NCBI RefSeq assembly: GCF_039654945.1
Contig: NW_027361728.1
Span: forward strand, 58,590,001-58,654,000
Reading direction: 5' to 3'
Source of the DNA: Dendrobates tinctorius
Lineage: Eukaryota
Length of the DNA stretch: 64,000 nucleotides
Within the stretch, counting starts at the first letter, position 1. Each line of letters begins with the position of its first letter. Under the pieces are notes generated by a model. That model searched no databases. It worked only from the letters and a program-made list of their open reading frames with translations, and was not told the origin of the DNA. Shown piece by piece: positions 1 to 63,030 of the stretch. The translations under genes were made by a program, and so were the position numbers.

Positions 1-1709
1 GGAGATGCTGGTATTCCCGTCCATTGAGCTCATCCCTATTAATGTTGTGTATTGCTTATGTCTATCTGATCTATTATCAGATCTTTGTTCTGACCTGGAA
101 CTGAAAATATTAACTTCATTGCTATAGATTTAATACACAAAGATCATATAGAAAAGATTTGTAAATATCACTATCACCTATTTTTCTGTTGCCCAAAGCT
201 TCACATAAAATCTCTATTTTAAATAAAATCTTTTAAAATTTGTAAAATTGTGTGTGGGTTTTGTGCACCCTCCGCAGTGCTCATAGATTAACATGTTAAT
301 TAAAAAAAACTGAAAAAAAACAATTATGGATTTTGCATTGCCATCTTTTTCACCCCAAAATATTGGCAAAATTTCAGATGTCAATTTATCATTGCGTGAA
401 ACAAGGTCTCAAAACCAGCACATGTACATACAGCCTTTTGGAAGATTCTATATTCTCGGACGTTATGTTGCTTTTGTTTGCCAGGAAACAGCAGATTTGA
501 ATCTGAAAATGTGCTGAAGGTTTGGATGTATTTTTTTTTTTATTCCACTGTGTAGCATTTTTTTATTAAATACACCAATTCAGTATATGTTGAGTTTCTA
601 TCATATTCAGAGATGGCAATAATTTATAAGGGAGACATTATGGCACAGCACCATGTGTAACTAAAGAGATATACGAGAACAATTCTTCAGCATGTTACAG
701 GGTTATTCTCAACTTTCATCTTGAGCAGCACAGAGCTCTCCTTGTTGCGGGGGTGGTGGTGGTGGACGCTCCTCCTCGAGTGAGCGTTCTAGTTCAGTAG
801 CTTCGTCCTACTGCTATGACACGTTCTGTCAGTGTTCGTTCTGAAGTCTTCTCTGTAATGACTATTTGCATATAGAGATAAAAGGGCCTTTGAACAAGTG
901 CATAGCTCAGGACAGTTAAGAGTATTGATTAGGAGAGCTGCTCTAGAAACTGCCAATGGTGGAAGCTGGTGGTTTTGCAAGACTTAGAGTAGATTGTCAG
1001 GAGTGGACATGAATGTGGAGAGAAGGGAGCAGCTAACGCCTATTTTGCAATCAATGAGCACTGAATAGGATGTCAGGAGTTAACTCAGCTTTGAATATAA
1101 CTACTGCATACACTATCCTGGCTCTGTTGGCAGAGTTCCTTGGCTGCAAGCTGTACACTATGCAAGATAAAAGCTCTCTCAGCAGGAGAATGAGGAAGAT
1201 GGATGCTGTAGGGGGAAAACAAGCACACAAATAGGGTAAAACCTTAATGGTGAAGGGTAGTAAAATAATATATAATATCAGTTGTACGCACCTAGGGAAG
1301 CTATGTGATACTACCTACCGCATGGCTGAGAGATGGATTCCACCAGATAATTTCACCAGGCACAAATAACATTTTAAAAAACTGGCTGTGTTGCTGGAAA
1401 ACAAAGTCTCTTACTGCGGTGATTATGAAGGTTCTTTATTGCACAGTATTTCAATGCTGTACCAGCACCTTTCTCAAGTGTGAAAAAAAAAAAAATAAAT
1501 AACACGTCTCCTCACCTGAGATTGACAGCCTGGTGTATTTCTATAAGGTGATCACATCAGAGTTGGAAGAACGGCAGCCAGTCTGTGCTCGGACCGTTTT
1601 TCATAGATGGCTGAATGAGCACTTAGAAGTCACAACATGATACATTCTTTCTACACATTAGGATCTGTGCTGGAATGGTCCAGGTTTCACAAGATTAAAC
1701 TGTGAGAAT

Positions 1710-3915
1710 ACCATTCATCCATTTTAAGGTAATGCTTAGAACATACAACACTGCCCTTCACCTCTCCAAACAAGCCTATTTCAACACCCTCATCACCTCA
1801 CTGTCCAATAACCTGAAACATCTCTTTGACACTTTTCATTCTCTACTCAATCCAAGAGTACATGCCCCAACCACAGAGCTCTGAGCTGACGATCTGGCCA
1901 ATTACTTCAAAGAAAAAAAATTGACCAGATTCGACAGGAAATTATCTCCCTATCACCTCATACCATGCACTGTCCTCCCTCCCCCACTGCATCTAGCTCA
2001 CTCTCTGATTTTGAACCAGTCACAGAAGAAGTAGTAAGCAGGCTCCTTGCATCTTCCCGCCCAACTACTTGCACCAGTGACCCATTTCCGTCACATCTCC
2101 TCCAGTCCCTTTCCCCTGCTGTGACCCCTCACCTAACTAAAATATTTAACCTCTCTCTCTTCTGGTATTTTTCCCTCCTCATTTAAGCATGCCATCATAC
2201 ATCCACTACTTAAAAAACCATCCCTCGACCAAAACTGTGCCGCTAACTATAGACCTGTCTCTAATCTTCCCTTCATCTCTAAGCTCCTGGAACGCCTGGT
2301 TCACTCCCATCTTATCCGCTATCTCTCAGAAAACTCTGTTCTCGACCCTCTCCAATCCAGTTTCCGCTCTTTACACTCCACTGAAACTGCCCTCACTAAA
2401 GTCTATAATGATCTGCTAACAGCTAAATCAAATGGTCACTCTTCCATGCTAATTCTCATGGATCTACCTGCAGCATTTGACACTGTGGATAATCAGCTCC
2501 TCCTCATTATGCTCCATTCCATTGGCCTCAAGGACACAGTTCTCCTCCTATCTCTCCGACCGCTCCTTTACTGTATCTTTTGCCGGTCCTCCACCCCTCA
2601 CCTTCCCCTTACTTTTGGGGTCCCTCAAGGATCGGTTCTAGGCCCCCCCTCCTCTTCTCCTTGTACACTGCCCATTGGTCAAACAATCAGTAGATTTGGT
2701 TTCCAGTACCATCTCTATGCTGATGACACCCAATTATATGCTTCTCCTGACATCACACCAGCCTTTCTAGAAAACACCGGCGATTGTCTAAACGCTGTGT
2801 CTAATATCATGTCCTCACTATATCTGAAACTGAACCTGTCAAAGACTGAACTCCTGGTGTTTCCTCCCTCTACTAATGTACCTATACCCGACATTGCCAT
2901 TTCTGTGTGTGCTTCCACTATTACTCCCCAGCAACAGGCCTGCTGTCTTGGGTTCATACTTGATACCAAACTTTCCTTTGCCCCCACATTCGATCACTGG
3001 CTCGCTCTTGTCATCTGCACCTCAAAAACATTTCTAGAATTCGACCTTTTCTTACTTTTGACTCTGCAAAAACTCTTACTGTTTCTCTTATTCATTCTCG
3101 TCTCGACTATTGTAACTCTCTTCTAATCGGTCTCCCTCTTACCAAACTCTCCCCTCTCCAATCTGTCTTGAATGCTGCAGCCAGGATCATATTCCCCACC
3201 AATCGTTACACCGATGCCTCTACCTTGTGCCAGTCATTACACTGGCTACCCATCCACTCCAGAATTCAGTATAAACTTATTACCCTCACCCACAAAGCCC
3301 TCCATAGCTCAGCACCACCTTACATCTCCTCCCTAGTTTCAGTATACCACCCTACCTGCGCCCTCCGTTCTGCTGATGACCTGAGGTTAGCATCAATAGT
3401 CAGAACCTCCCACTCCCGTCTCCAAGACTTTACACGTGCCGCGCCAATTCTTTGGAATGCACTTCCCAGGTCAATACGATTAGTCCCCATTCCCCACAAT
3501 TTTAAGCGTGCCCTGAAAACGCATTTATTCAGACTGGCCTATCGCCTCAACACATTAACCTAATCTATCCCTGTGTGGCACACCTAAAAGTTTTACCATA
3601 ACCAGATTTCCCGCATCATGTTCCCACATGCTTTATGCATCCATTAGCCCTCTGTGTTTGTACTGTTACACACTTATTATGGCTGGTCCATACAATCAGG
3701 GCAACTGTTACCACCCACCTTTCGTGTCTACCTCTTTCCTCATAGACTGTAAGCTTGCGAGCAGGGCCCTCATTCCTCTTGGTATTTGTTATAATCTACT
3801 GTATGTGATTATTGTTATGCTGTAATGTCTATTGTCTGTACAAATCCCCTCTGAAATGTAAAGTGCTGCGGAATATGTTGGCGCTATAAAAATAAAATTT
3901 ATTATTTTTATTATT
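1710..3915 (+). mobile_element. L2-clade LINE, 5'-truncated and frameshifted
   Basis: RT fragments (LQSSFR..HSTETAL, DL.AAFDTV, GVPQGSVLGP, YADDTQLY, LHWLP); 3' end AAAGTGCTGCGG...GGCGCTATAAAAATAAA followed by a TTA-type tail. Confidence 0.9.
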
Positions 3916-4493
3916 ACCACGCTTGCTAATAAAGTAAATTTAGTTCTCTAAAAATCAGCATTTCTTAAAAACAAGAAAAATTGCAAAAAAACAAAATAAT
4001 AACTTCAGTAAAATGTGTTTGGCTTCAAAAAAGGAAATGAAGAAGAAGGAAGACGCAAGTGGTTTAGAAGTAATGACCAACTTATGGCCTCGCTGACAGG
4101 ACACACACTTGTAAAATAATGGGTTAGGTCGCTCAAATTAGTATTCCCAAAACATTCCCACCAGGGGCTCGCCCACACAAAGTCAACATGGGACAAGCCT
4201 GCGAAGCAAAACTAGGGACAAATGTACATGCCACACGGGCCAAGAGGAGGCGCTACAAATCACTGATGATACAAGGTCTGCAATGATGTTACCTCTAAGG
4301 AACGACAAACTGGGCCAAGCTTTCCATTATCATAAAAATGTGAGGATTTTTACGGATCCAATTAAAGAAAGAAGAATTTGTACCCCATGTAAAGGAATAG
4401 ACCCTGTGGTCCTCCATATTTCTCCAGTATGCCCCATGCTGTGGGCACGAGTCTGGTTTTAATGAGTAGTCTCATTTATGTAATTGGTTATTT

Positions 4494-4668
4494 CAGTGCT
4501 TTGCAAACTCCAGTCCTCACGGCCCATGTTTTCAGAATTTCCATAGTATTGCACAGGTGAGAGAATTCTTGATGTCTTGATGAAACGCCAATCACTTGTC
4601 TGATACTAAGGAAATCCTGAGATCCTGATCTGGGGGGGGTCGCAAGGACTGGAGTTTGGGAAACACTG
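4494..4668. mobile_element. hAT-like MITE
   Basis: CAGTG...AAACTCCAGTCCT / AGGACTGGAGTTTGGGAAACACTG TIRs; imperfect 8-bp TSD. Confidence 0.6.
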
Positions 4669-6472
4669 GGTTGTATGAACAGGATTTCTCTATAAAAGGC
4701 AGGGAAATATTTCTAACATGAAAAAACAATTATCCTATTGAAACAATATAAAGTAGCAAAAATGTTAAATTGACAGGAGCAGTTTCAGTGAAGTTGAGCA
4801 AAAAGATTTACAGGGTCTTTGTTTGGCCTCCGTGTCGTGACGGAAGTTGTGGGGGAACCAGAAATCAGGAGTCACTGGGATTTGAGGTTCCAACTACGTC
4901 GATCTGACTGAAACAGAGTACCGGATGTGGCGGTCAGACCGGGGGGGCTGGGAAACTTTTTCATAAACTCTATAATGTTTATTTAAAAAGTCCATCACCC
5001 CCAAACCTCAAATTGAACCACTTGACATGAATGTAGCGGGCTTAGACCCTATAAAAAAAAAAAATTAAAAACACACCTGTGTTAAAGACTTCAATAATTT
5101 CAATTTGCATATTTTTTTTTTAATATTTATGTAAATGAGGGCACCTCAGTACTCGCTTGTTGTGTCCGAGAGCTCGATGCACTGATCCACCCCACGGTTA
5201 CCATCCTCCCCTCATGTTAATTGACAGAACTCGTTTTGGAGCACTGTCACAATTGAATCTCCAGTCATGTACACACTAACACTGCAGGAGCCGCAGTGTC
5301 AGTGCTGCAATGCTCTCATCCCTCTCTTATCTCTGATGGCTGACACAGGATCACACAGTAGCGAGTGGTCCTGTCTTTTACATATGTAATAAAACTTTTT
5401 CTTTTTTATGTAAAACGGAAATAGTGAAAACTGTACTTCAGTTATGATTTTAATATCGATAAGTCCCCTATATGAATGTGGTTTAATGTAAAGAGAACTG
5501 ATCATGTCCCCAAAAGCTACCAACCTGCAGATACAGAGTTAATAGCATTTCAATGCTGCCGGGCCACTGTGCTGAAAGCGCAGCTACCAGGAGAAAATGA
5601 ACTTTATACCTCCCAGGACCTGCTGTATTTCAGTCATGGAGACATGACCGGAGTGGCCACAGTCAGTGCTTCGTACACGGTCATCAGTACCCCGGGGCGT
5701 GCTTACAGCTGCCGCTCACTTGGACAGAGCCGCGACTGCAGCTGCTCATGCACTCCTCTATGACTGAAATCTAGCGGGCCCTGGGAGAAATAAAGTTCAT
5801 TTTCTACCAGTAGCCGCACTTTCAGTAAGATGCCCAAACAGCATTCTCACCTTCAGTTTAACCCTATATCTGTAGGTTAATACAGTTGAGGAACACCACA
5901 GGCTCCCTTTAAGGAGAGCTTTTCTGGTTAGACTAGGAGTGGACATGTCTTAGGATCTGTATTAGGGTGTAAAAAGTGTCAGCCAAAGGACAACTGTGGA
6001 AACAAATTGTAGATCATAGTGAATTGTTAGATAAATCTCCATTCTAGGACTGGGACTCTTGTGTTCCACAGGTCACAGCACATTTTGACATTTCTCTTAT
6101 AAAGTCAATTTATTGTAGATTTTAGATGTTTTACTATGCTTCCTCCTACTTGTCTGATTTAGATCCAAGTCACAAATCAAAATTGCCAAGTCAATACTAG
6201 TCTATGGGTCTGTGAAAAACTTGACAATGGTTGCACCCTAGTTACATTAAAGAGTTGTTCACATGAAAAAAAAATGGGGAAACATGGATAGTAAAAACTG
6301 ATGCAAACTAAACACCACTGAAAATCTGCTGTGTTTTTTTCTCACCTACGGGGGAAAAAAAAGGACGTCTGAATGAGGTCTTATTTCTATTTTGCTATAT
6401 GTGACTAGAAAGGCTGGGTAAGCGGCAATATCACAGAGCTACCATTAAAAAGCATGGCTTGTAATAAAATGA

Positions 6473-6478
6473 TTTATT
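6473..6478 (-). terminator. Candidate GFM1 poly(A) signal
   Basis: First AATAAA seen on the minus strand about 400 nt after the stop; a second at 6109-6114. Confidence 0.5.
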
Positions 6479-6872
6479 CCCTGACCGAGCACTGCTGAAA
6501 CATACAACCATAGGCCTTTACTATCACAGCTTGCAGTACAGATCCAAGTGTCCATCAGTGCAGAGTTCACAGTCGACACGTATGTCCAGCAGTGAATAAT
6601 AGGAGACAGATCCAGAAAAGATAAAATGGAAACTTCCGTTTCAGGACACCGATCACTGCAGTAATAGCAGCAGTTTCTCAAGTATCGTCCTCTCTGGATT
6701 TACAGGTGACAGAACCACTAATCATGTCCAAAGGGTTTTACAAAAACCAGTGTGTGCTATATCCACATCCCAGAGGGGACCACGTCCGTATATATATACA
6801 CATACACTCGGGAGGCATAGTCAGAGTAGCGAGTAGAGCGGACAGCTGGAGGTAACATCATCAGAGAGGCGG

Positions 6873-56092
<49,220 letters not shown>

Positions 56093-56119
56093 AGCTGCCA
56101 AACTCCCTGTGAAAGTCAC

Positions 56120-56360
56120 GCTGATCTCTGCGCAGAGGAAGAGAACCACTTCCGGGAGTCTCCGATGCCGGCAAAGGTCACACAGACAACTTCCGGTAGG
56201 TGGACGCACTATCCCGGAAGTAATAGTAACAGCGTGTTACCCAACTCTGCGGCCAAATCCTCCACTGTGCCTTGTTGTCTATGGCTTATTGGTGGCCAGC
56301 AGCTTCTGTGTGGTATCTGTGTCCATGGAGATGTTGGTCCAGAAATGACCTTGGGGTGGT
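56120..56360 (-). promoter_or_regulatory. GFM1 GC-rich promoter/5' region with tandem ETS (GABP/NRF-2) motifs
   Basis: CCGGAAGT at 56148-56155 (-), 56189-56196 (-) and 56214-56221 (+); TGACCTTG ERR-like site near 56346; TGCGCA palindrome near 56129. Typical of nuclear-encoded mitochondrial genes. Confidence 0.65.
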
Positions 56361-56689
56361 CCCCGGAAACATGCAGTGACGAGTGCTGTTCGCCTGTCAC
56401 TTGCTTGTAAGCGAGCGCCCCCTGGCGAGGAGTTTGCAGATTACCAGAGCAGCTCGGTTCCTGCGGTGTGGGACGCTCTGGGAGCTGCTCTCGGCAGTTC
56501 GGTGGCCTCATCTCCGTCACTCCTTCTTTGGACTCATTTTGCTGTTTTTCCTCCAGTGGTGGAATGTTATTGATTTTTGGTTATAGAAATCTTTCTTAAA
56601 ATGACAGATACCAGGTCTCTTTGTTGGACTCCACTGGGTTTTCCCTTTATCCCATGCTACACTGAGAGGTCCTCCGCTGAGAGCACCGC

Positions 56690-57565
56690 CCTGCCCCACG
56701 AGTGCCCACCCTGTCCCACCAGTGCTTGCTCTGTCCTACGAGTGCCCACCCTGTCCCACCAGTGCTCGCTTTGTCCCACGAGTGCCCACCCTGTCCCACC
56801 AGTGCTCGCTCTGTCCTACGAGTGCCCACCCTGTCCCACCAGTGCTCGCTCTGTCCTACGAGTGCCCACCCTGTCCCACCAGTGCTCGCTCTGTCCTACG
56901 AGTGCCCACCCTGTCCCACCAGTGCTTGCTCTGTCCGAATGCCCACCCTGTCTCACCAGTGCTCGCTCTGTCCGAATGCCCACCCTGTCCCACCAGTGCT
57001 CGCTCTGTCCTACGAGTGCCCACCCTGTCCCACCAGTGCTCGCTCTGACCGAATGCCCACCCTGTCCCACCAGTGCTCGCTCTGTCCGAATGCCCACCCT
57101 GGCCCACCAGTGCTCGCCCTGCCCCACGAGTGCCCACCCTGTACCACCATTGCTCGCTCTGTCCCACGAGTGCCCACCCTGTCCCACCAGTGCTCGCTCT
57201 GTCCCACGAGTGCCCACCCTGTCCCACCAGTGCTCGCTCTGTCCTACGAGTGCCCACCCTGTCCCACCAGTGCTCGCTCTGACCGAATGCCCACCCTGTC
57301 CCACCAGTGCTCGCTCTGTCCGAATGCCCACCCTGGCCCACCAGTGCTCGCCCTGCCCCACGAGTGCCCACCCTGTACCACCATTGCTCGCTCTGTCCCA
57401 CGAGTGCCCACCCTGTCCCACCAGTGCTCGCTCTGTCCCACGAGTGCCCACCCTGTCCCACCAGTGCTCGCTCTGTCCCACGAGTGCCCACCCTGTCCCA
57501 CCAGTGCTCGCTCTGTCCGAATGCCCACCCTGGCCCACCAGTGCCCACCATGTTCCACCAGTGCC
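56690..57565. repeat. 40/37-bp VNTR upstream of GFM1
   Basis: ACGAGTGCCCACCCTGTCCCACCAGTGCTCGCTCTGTCCT, about 22 copies. Confidence 0.97.
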
Positions 57566-59096
57566 TATCGTCCTCATCGTGGAACGTCTTGTGTTGTCGT
57601 TTATTTCCAAAGTGCAAATAAAATATCATCAATAGTCAATCAAATCCTAAATTGTTCTTGTCTTTGCCATTATGTGGTCCCACCTGTGGACTAGAAATAA
57701 TGAGTGTAATCAGTGATGGGCGTGGGAAGCCAGTGCCCAGGACATGGCCATAAACCCCCCTAACTTTGTAATGATGCCCCTTGAGTGCCCACATAAGAAA
57801 GTATTCATTCCCCATTGGCTCCCTCTTAATATGTAAAGAATACCCTCTCCAAAAGTAATAGCATCACATTTGTGCCGCCTCCCGTAAACACACATTTAAT
57901 CTGAGTGACGAGTCCACTTCTTCCCTGCACACTGAGCAGGCTGGCACAGGCGGATGTCATGTGCTGACGTCACTCCACCACGTGCGCTGGGACGCTGATG
58001 TCTTGTAGGCCATAGGCCACTGAGGGAAGTGGGGCAAGGAGCCTATGTCTCACTGCTCCACCACAGGATCCAGCAGTATCACTTCAGTTTAGAGTGGCAG
58101 TGTGCGCTCCTCTGTATCTTTGGCGTTAACGACACCACTTCTTAGGAGCACAAAATTTATAACAAAAAATTAAATAGTAGCTAAGAATTTTACACCCAGG
58201 ACAATGGACACTCGGGCTCCACTTCCCCACACAGTACTACACCGTGTGTAAGTCATACAATTCTCAATGACGTCTGCCGATACTGTACTAAGGATAGGTG
58301 ATTGCATCTCTCTGCCTTTGATCAGATATCAGCCATTTCTAGCACAGCTGCATGAAAAAGCTTCATCTGGACACTGGGCTGCTCTCTCTGGTTCTGTAGA
58401 ACAATGGTACATCTTGGACCTAGACTCTCCTCCTACTTCAACTAAAAGTGTTGAGCTGGGGCATCCTCTCATTATTTCTTTTCAGAGGGGTGAAAATTGG
58501 TGTTCATACCTCACATATTTCGACTGATGAAGCACTGTCTGCCCAATAATGTGCCAAAGTTATTAAAAAATCATGCCCTTCAAAGTTTTTATCCTCTTTA
58601 TGTATTGCAGTCATGTTATATAGCACTGTGTACTTACAATTGCTTATTTTGCCTTTCTACCCAGCTATTTTTTTCTGTTTTCTCTGCTCTATGTAGAAAC
58701 AGGAAGTTTCTTGTCCCTTGCATTTACCATTCCTCTCTTCAACTCATGACCCAGCTGCTCCCTCCTCCTCCTGCAAGGGACTTTTGCAGTGAATTATGAC
58801 TCATTCAGGGAAAATTGACCTACATTAAGCTTAGAAGGATTCAGCTAGTCAGTTTTTAATCATGTGATGTCACAGACCTAGTGAAAAACAGAATAATTAA
58901 CTGGGTATAAGGGTAAAATTAGCAATTGTAAGTGCACAGTACTGTATAGTGTGATGACTACAATATATTAGGAGGATAAACGTTTTGATGTCAGGGCTTC
59001 TTTAAGAGTCATTTACATCCAGCAGGCTTTTGATCAAGATTGGAATATGTAATTCCAGTCTTGACAAATTCCCCACTACATGTGAAGGAAGCTTTA

Positions 59097-59469
59097 GGCC
59101 ATGTGCACACGATGCAGATTTGCAGCGTTTCCGCAGCGGATTTTACCGCGCAGAAACGTTGCATATCCGCATTGTGATGTACAGTACCTTTAAAATGAAT
59201 GAAAAAAAAAAAACGCTGTGCAGACGCTGCGGATTTTTCCGCGCGGTACAAAATCCGCAGCATGTTACTTCTTTTGTGCGGTTTTCTATCTCCCCTGTCA
59301 CCAAATCCGCAGGGGGAAGACCGCAATGGAAAACCGCACAAAAACCGCATGAAAACCGCGTGAAAAATGGAAGAAATCCGCAGGAAAAATGCAGGTCATT
59401 TGACCTGCGGTTTTCTTCCATTCTGCACGGAAAAATCCGCAGGGCTCAAAACTCCGTCTGCACTCAGCC
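59097..59469. mobile_element. Harbinger-like MITE
   Basis: GGCCATGTGCAC / TGCACTCAGCC ends, TWA flanks, CCGCA-rich body. Confidence 0.6.
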
Positions 59470-59816
59470 TAAAGCATATTTCCACTCCAAACCTGAATTG
59501 ACTTCATATTTATGAACAGTGTTCTAGTTAAAGGAGTTTTCAATTACTAGGACAACCCCCCCTCGATCCAAATGTTTGGCGCCAATAAAATAAAAACACC
59601 TCTACTCCCCTCTCGTTCCGGAATCATCGATTCCCATGTATTTAATTGCCGATGTTTGTCCCCCATGTATTAGGTTGATAGGTATAGCTATTAGGGTATC
59701 TCTTTTCTTAACAATATCCTTGAGATGGTTCCCAATCCTCCTACTCGATAAAGGAATCAAAGTTGAGAGGTCATCACAAGGGGGTAACTGGGCCAAACCC
59801 ATCTTGTAGCAAGAAG

Positions 59817-61420
59817 TGTAACGGGCTGGGTGGTGGAACTACTGTGCTGTGCACCAAGGAAAGCCTGGAGGGGCATAATTCAGTGCCTCACCCAATCCGA
59901 CCTTGGTTACATGACGACTGACAATAGCATGATCCGAGGAGAGACTTAGGAGCTGGGACCAGGTGCTACTCCTGGACAGACATCGGGAAGATGGCATTTG
60001 ACCCCCTAGTGTTGGGTAGCCGGGATGACCCGAAGGAGGGAACGGTACATGCAGGCACTGTAGGATCACGGGATCCACGGATTCAAAGTAGACCGGCTGA
60101 TGTACAGATGAGCTCTGGCATGTGCAGATAGGACCGGGTGATGAATAGAAGAGAACTGGCAGGTGAGGACTGGACCAGCTGATGTACAGAAGAACTAGCA
60201 CGGCTGATAGGCTAGTGGGCATAGCTGATACACAGGCTGGAATACAGGAATATGAGCACTGGGACCTGAGAACTAACAAGCGTTTTTCGGAACAAACTTA
60301 CCATATTGCACAGGCACCTTCATGCTGGAGGAGGTGTCTTAAATAGCAACTGTCCTCCAGTAATTGGCTGGGGACACTATAGGAGGATGCTCTCAGCCCC
60401 TTTAATAGAAGGGAAGTGCGCGTACACCCTAAGCACAGTGCCCAGGGACCTGCGCATGTAAGGGGGTCACAGATGTCGTCTTGTACCCCCCAAGCACATC
60501 CCGGTTCATCATTGTAAAATGCTATGTATATATGTATATGATTAGGGAAAGTGTAGTGTTCATGTTCGGCCACTAGATGGGGGCATTATAAGTGTTTAAT
60601 TTAGGACAAGAGTTCATCAGTGTAAATAGCTAACATGGGAGGGGTTAGCTGGGAGTAAGAGAGAAACATTTCCTGGGTAGACCCAGAAGGGGATAGGTAG
60701 CCCGAAGTGCTTGGGTGGGCTTAATGTCCGAGCTACCCAGCACCCCGCAACGTTGAAGGGAGAAACCCAGCCATCCAGAGGCCATCTGTGGGTGCGACAG
60801 GAGAGACAGCATAGCTACAGTTACAGCAGCAGCTACAGGAATTGGGCTACAGGAAAAGTCACCGCAGCACAACAGGGCAGGTCGCTCGCCATGTGGCAGG
60901 TCATTGCTTGGGCTGATGCCCTCAGATCCGGGGTGGAATGGTTGAGGGAACACGCATATGCAGTGAGACTGGCCTGGGAGGACGCTGTGGAGCCATTGGA
61001 AATGGTCCGACTCAGGCACATGCAGTGTGACAAGGAAAGGAGTGCAGGGAAAGACGAAGGAACTTGTAACGTATAAGCTATCGATAATGTAACAAATCTC
61101 GATGTGCTGTGAAGACATGAGAGTAAAGTTCTGCGTTTTGAGTTGTACCTGGACTGTGTTTCTGTTTATTCAGATGCGGCCAGAGGTGACCCTAAAGAAT
61201 GGAGAAAAGACCCTGATTACGCAGGGGCCGAAGAGACAAGTTAGCTGACAGTGAAGCATAATTTGTATATATTGGGGGGCCAGGGCACGCAAGGCCCGAT
61301 GAGCTCAGCCACGACTACGGCCCTGGCTGACCTCTACATGCACACCCCAGGCAACTGCAACCCCGGAAGAAGACAGAGCAGGACGGGAGCCGTGGTGGTG
61401 AGTACGCTGGCGTCTGCAAT
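59817..61420. mobile_element. Possible nested solo-LTR-like sequences
   Basis: TGTAA starts at about 59817 and 60513, TATA-like and poly(A)-like motifs, no coding remnants; boundaries uncertain. Confidence 0.3.
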
Positions 61421-61429
61421 AAATATACA

Positions 61430-61790
61430 ATTGGCAATCTTTGCCCACTCTTCCATGAAGAAACTACAAATCTCTCAGCAAGGGCATCTCCTGTATACAG
61501 CCCTCTTCAGGTCGACCCACAAATTTTCAAGGCCTGAGCTCTGGCTGGGCTATTCCAAAACCTTGATATTTTGGTAAAGCCATTCTTTTGTTGATGTAAA
61601 AATTGACTGGTATTTGGAACTGTTCGTAATGCCCTCCAACTTGACTAAAGCACAAGTTCCAGTTGCTGATAAATAACCCTAAAGCATAATGGCTGCCTTC
61701 ACCATGTTTTACTGTATGTATAGTGTTATTTTGGTAATGCGCAATGTAGGCGTTTTGGCCATAATTCTAAAAGGTTCGTTTGGCGCAAAG
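61430..61790 (-). mobile_element. Degenerate Tc1 transposase fragment
   Basis: Minus-strand remnants resembling LEWPSQSPDL / LWVDLKRAV. Confidence 0.55.
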
Positions 61791-62020
61791 TTAAGCCTTC
61801 AAATATGCAAAATCAGGGAAAGGGGAGAGGGAGTCAGCTCACCATTATCCACTGCACCTTTCTTGGATCAAAGCCTCCTCCCAGAGCCGTACTGGTCTGG
61901 ACACCAAGAGTAATATGAAAAAGAAGGGGATTCTCCAGCGTAGGTTAAATGTTTAAAACTTCACTTTTATTTTGTCTTCATAAAAATGGAGATTCTGGCA
62001 AACCACTCTATACCCACCAA

Positions 62021-62068
62021 CCAGTCCGACACGTTTCATTCTTATGCAGTCTTAATCATGGCCTGACC
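62021..62068 (-). ncRNA. Degenerate hammerhead motif inside foldback element 61916-62154
   Basis: CAGGCC-ATGATTA-A-(decayed stem II)-GAAAC-GT-GTC-GGACTG. Confidence 0.45.
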
Positions 62069-62214
62069 ATAAGTGGGCATACAGCGGTATGCCAGAAGAC
62101 AAAATTAAAGTGAAGTTTTAAACATTCTACAATAGAGAATCCCTTTCTTTTTCAAAGTTAAAACTTCGCCTCATCGGACCATAACACATTTTCCCGCACA
62201 TTCCATTAGGCCTA

Positions 62215-63030
62215 TTGGCAGCCTCTATACTCTATGAAGCACTATGTGGGGCCATTATACTGCATAGTGCATTGTCTGGGGCCTTTATACTGTATGGAGC
62301 ACTTTTTGTGGCAATTATACTGTGTAGAACTCTTTGTGGCCATTATACTGTGTGGAGCAATATGTGGCCATTATACTGTGTGGAGCGCTTTGTGGCCATT
62401 ATACTGTGTGCAGCACTATGCGGAGCCATTATACTGTGTGGAGCACTATGTGGAGCCATTATACTGTATGGAGCACTATGTAGAGCCATTATACTGTATG
62501 GGGCACTATATGGGGCAATTATTCTGTATAGAACACTATCTGGGGCCTTTTTTACTGTATGGAGCACTTTTTGTGGCAATTATACTGCGTACAACACTTT
62601 GTGGCCATTATACTGTGTGGAGCACTATGGGGCCATTACAGTGTATGGAGCTCTATGTGGGGCCATTATGCTGTATAGAGCACTTTGTGGGGCCATTATA
62701 CTGTATTGAGCACTATCTGGGGCCATTATACTGTATGGAGCACTATCTGGGGCCTTTATACTGTATGGAACACTTTTTGTGGCAATTATACTGTATAGAA
62801 CACTTTGTGGTCATTATACTGTGTGGAGCACTATGTTGGGCCTTTATATTGTATGGAACACTTTTTGTGGCAATTATACTGTATAGAATACTTTGTGGTC
62901 ATTAAACTGTGTGGAGCACTATGTGGGGCCATTATACTGTATGGAAGGCCATGTTGTACTGTATGGAGGATTATTTGGGGCCCATTATACTGTATGGAGC
63001 AATTTTTGTGGCCAATATACTGTATGGAGG
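62215..63030. repeat. About 30-bp minisatellite (GGCCATTATACTGTGTGGAGCACTATGTGG)
   Basis: Tandem degenerate copies. Confidence 0.93.

Noticed and set aside
56577-57694. Long ORFs of 258-352 aa on both strands
   Set aside because: Translations of the stop-free 40/37-bp VNTR
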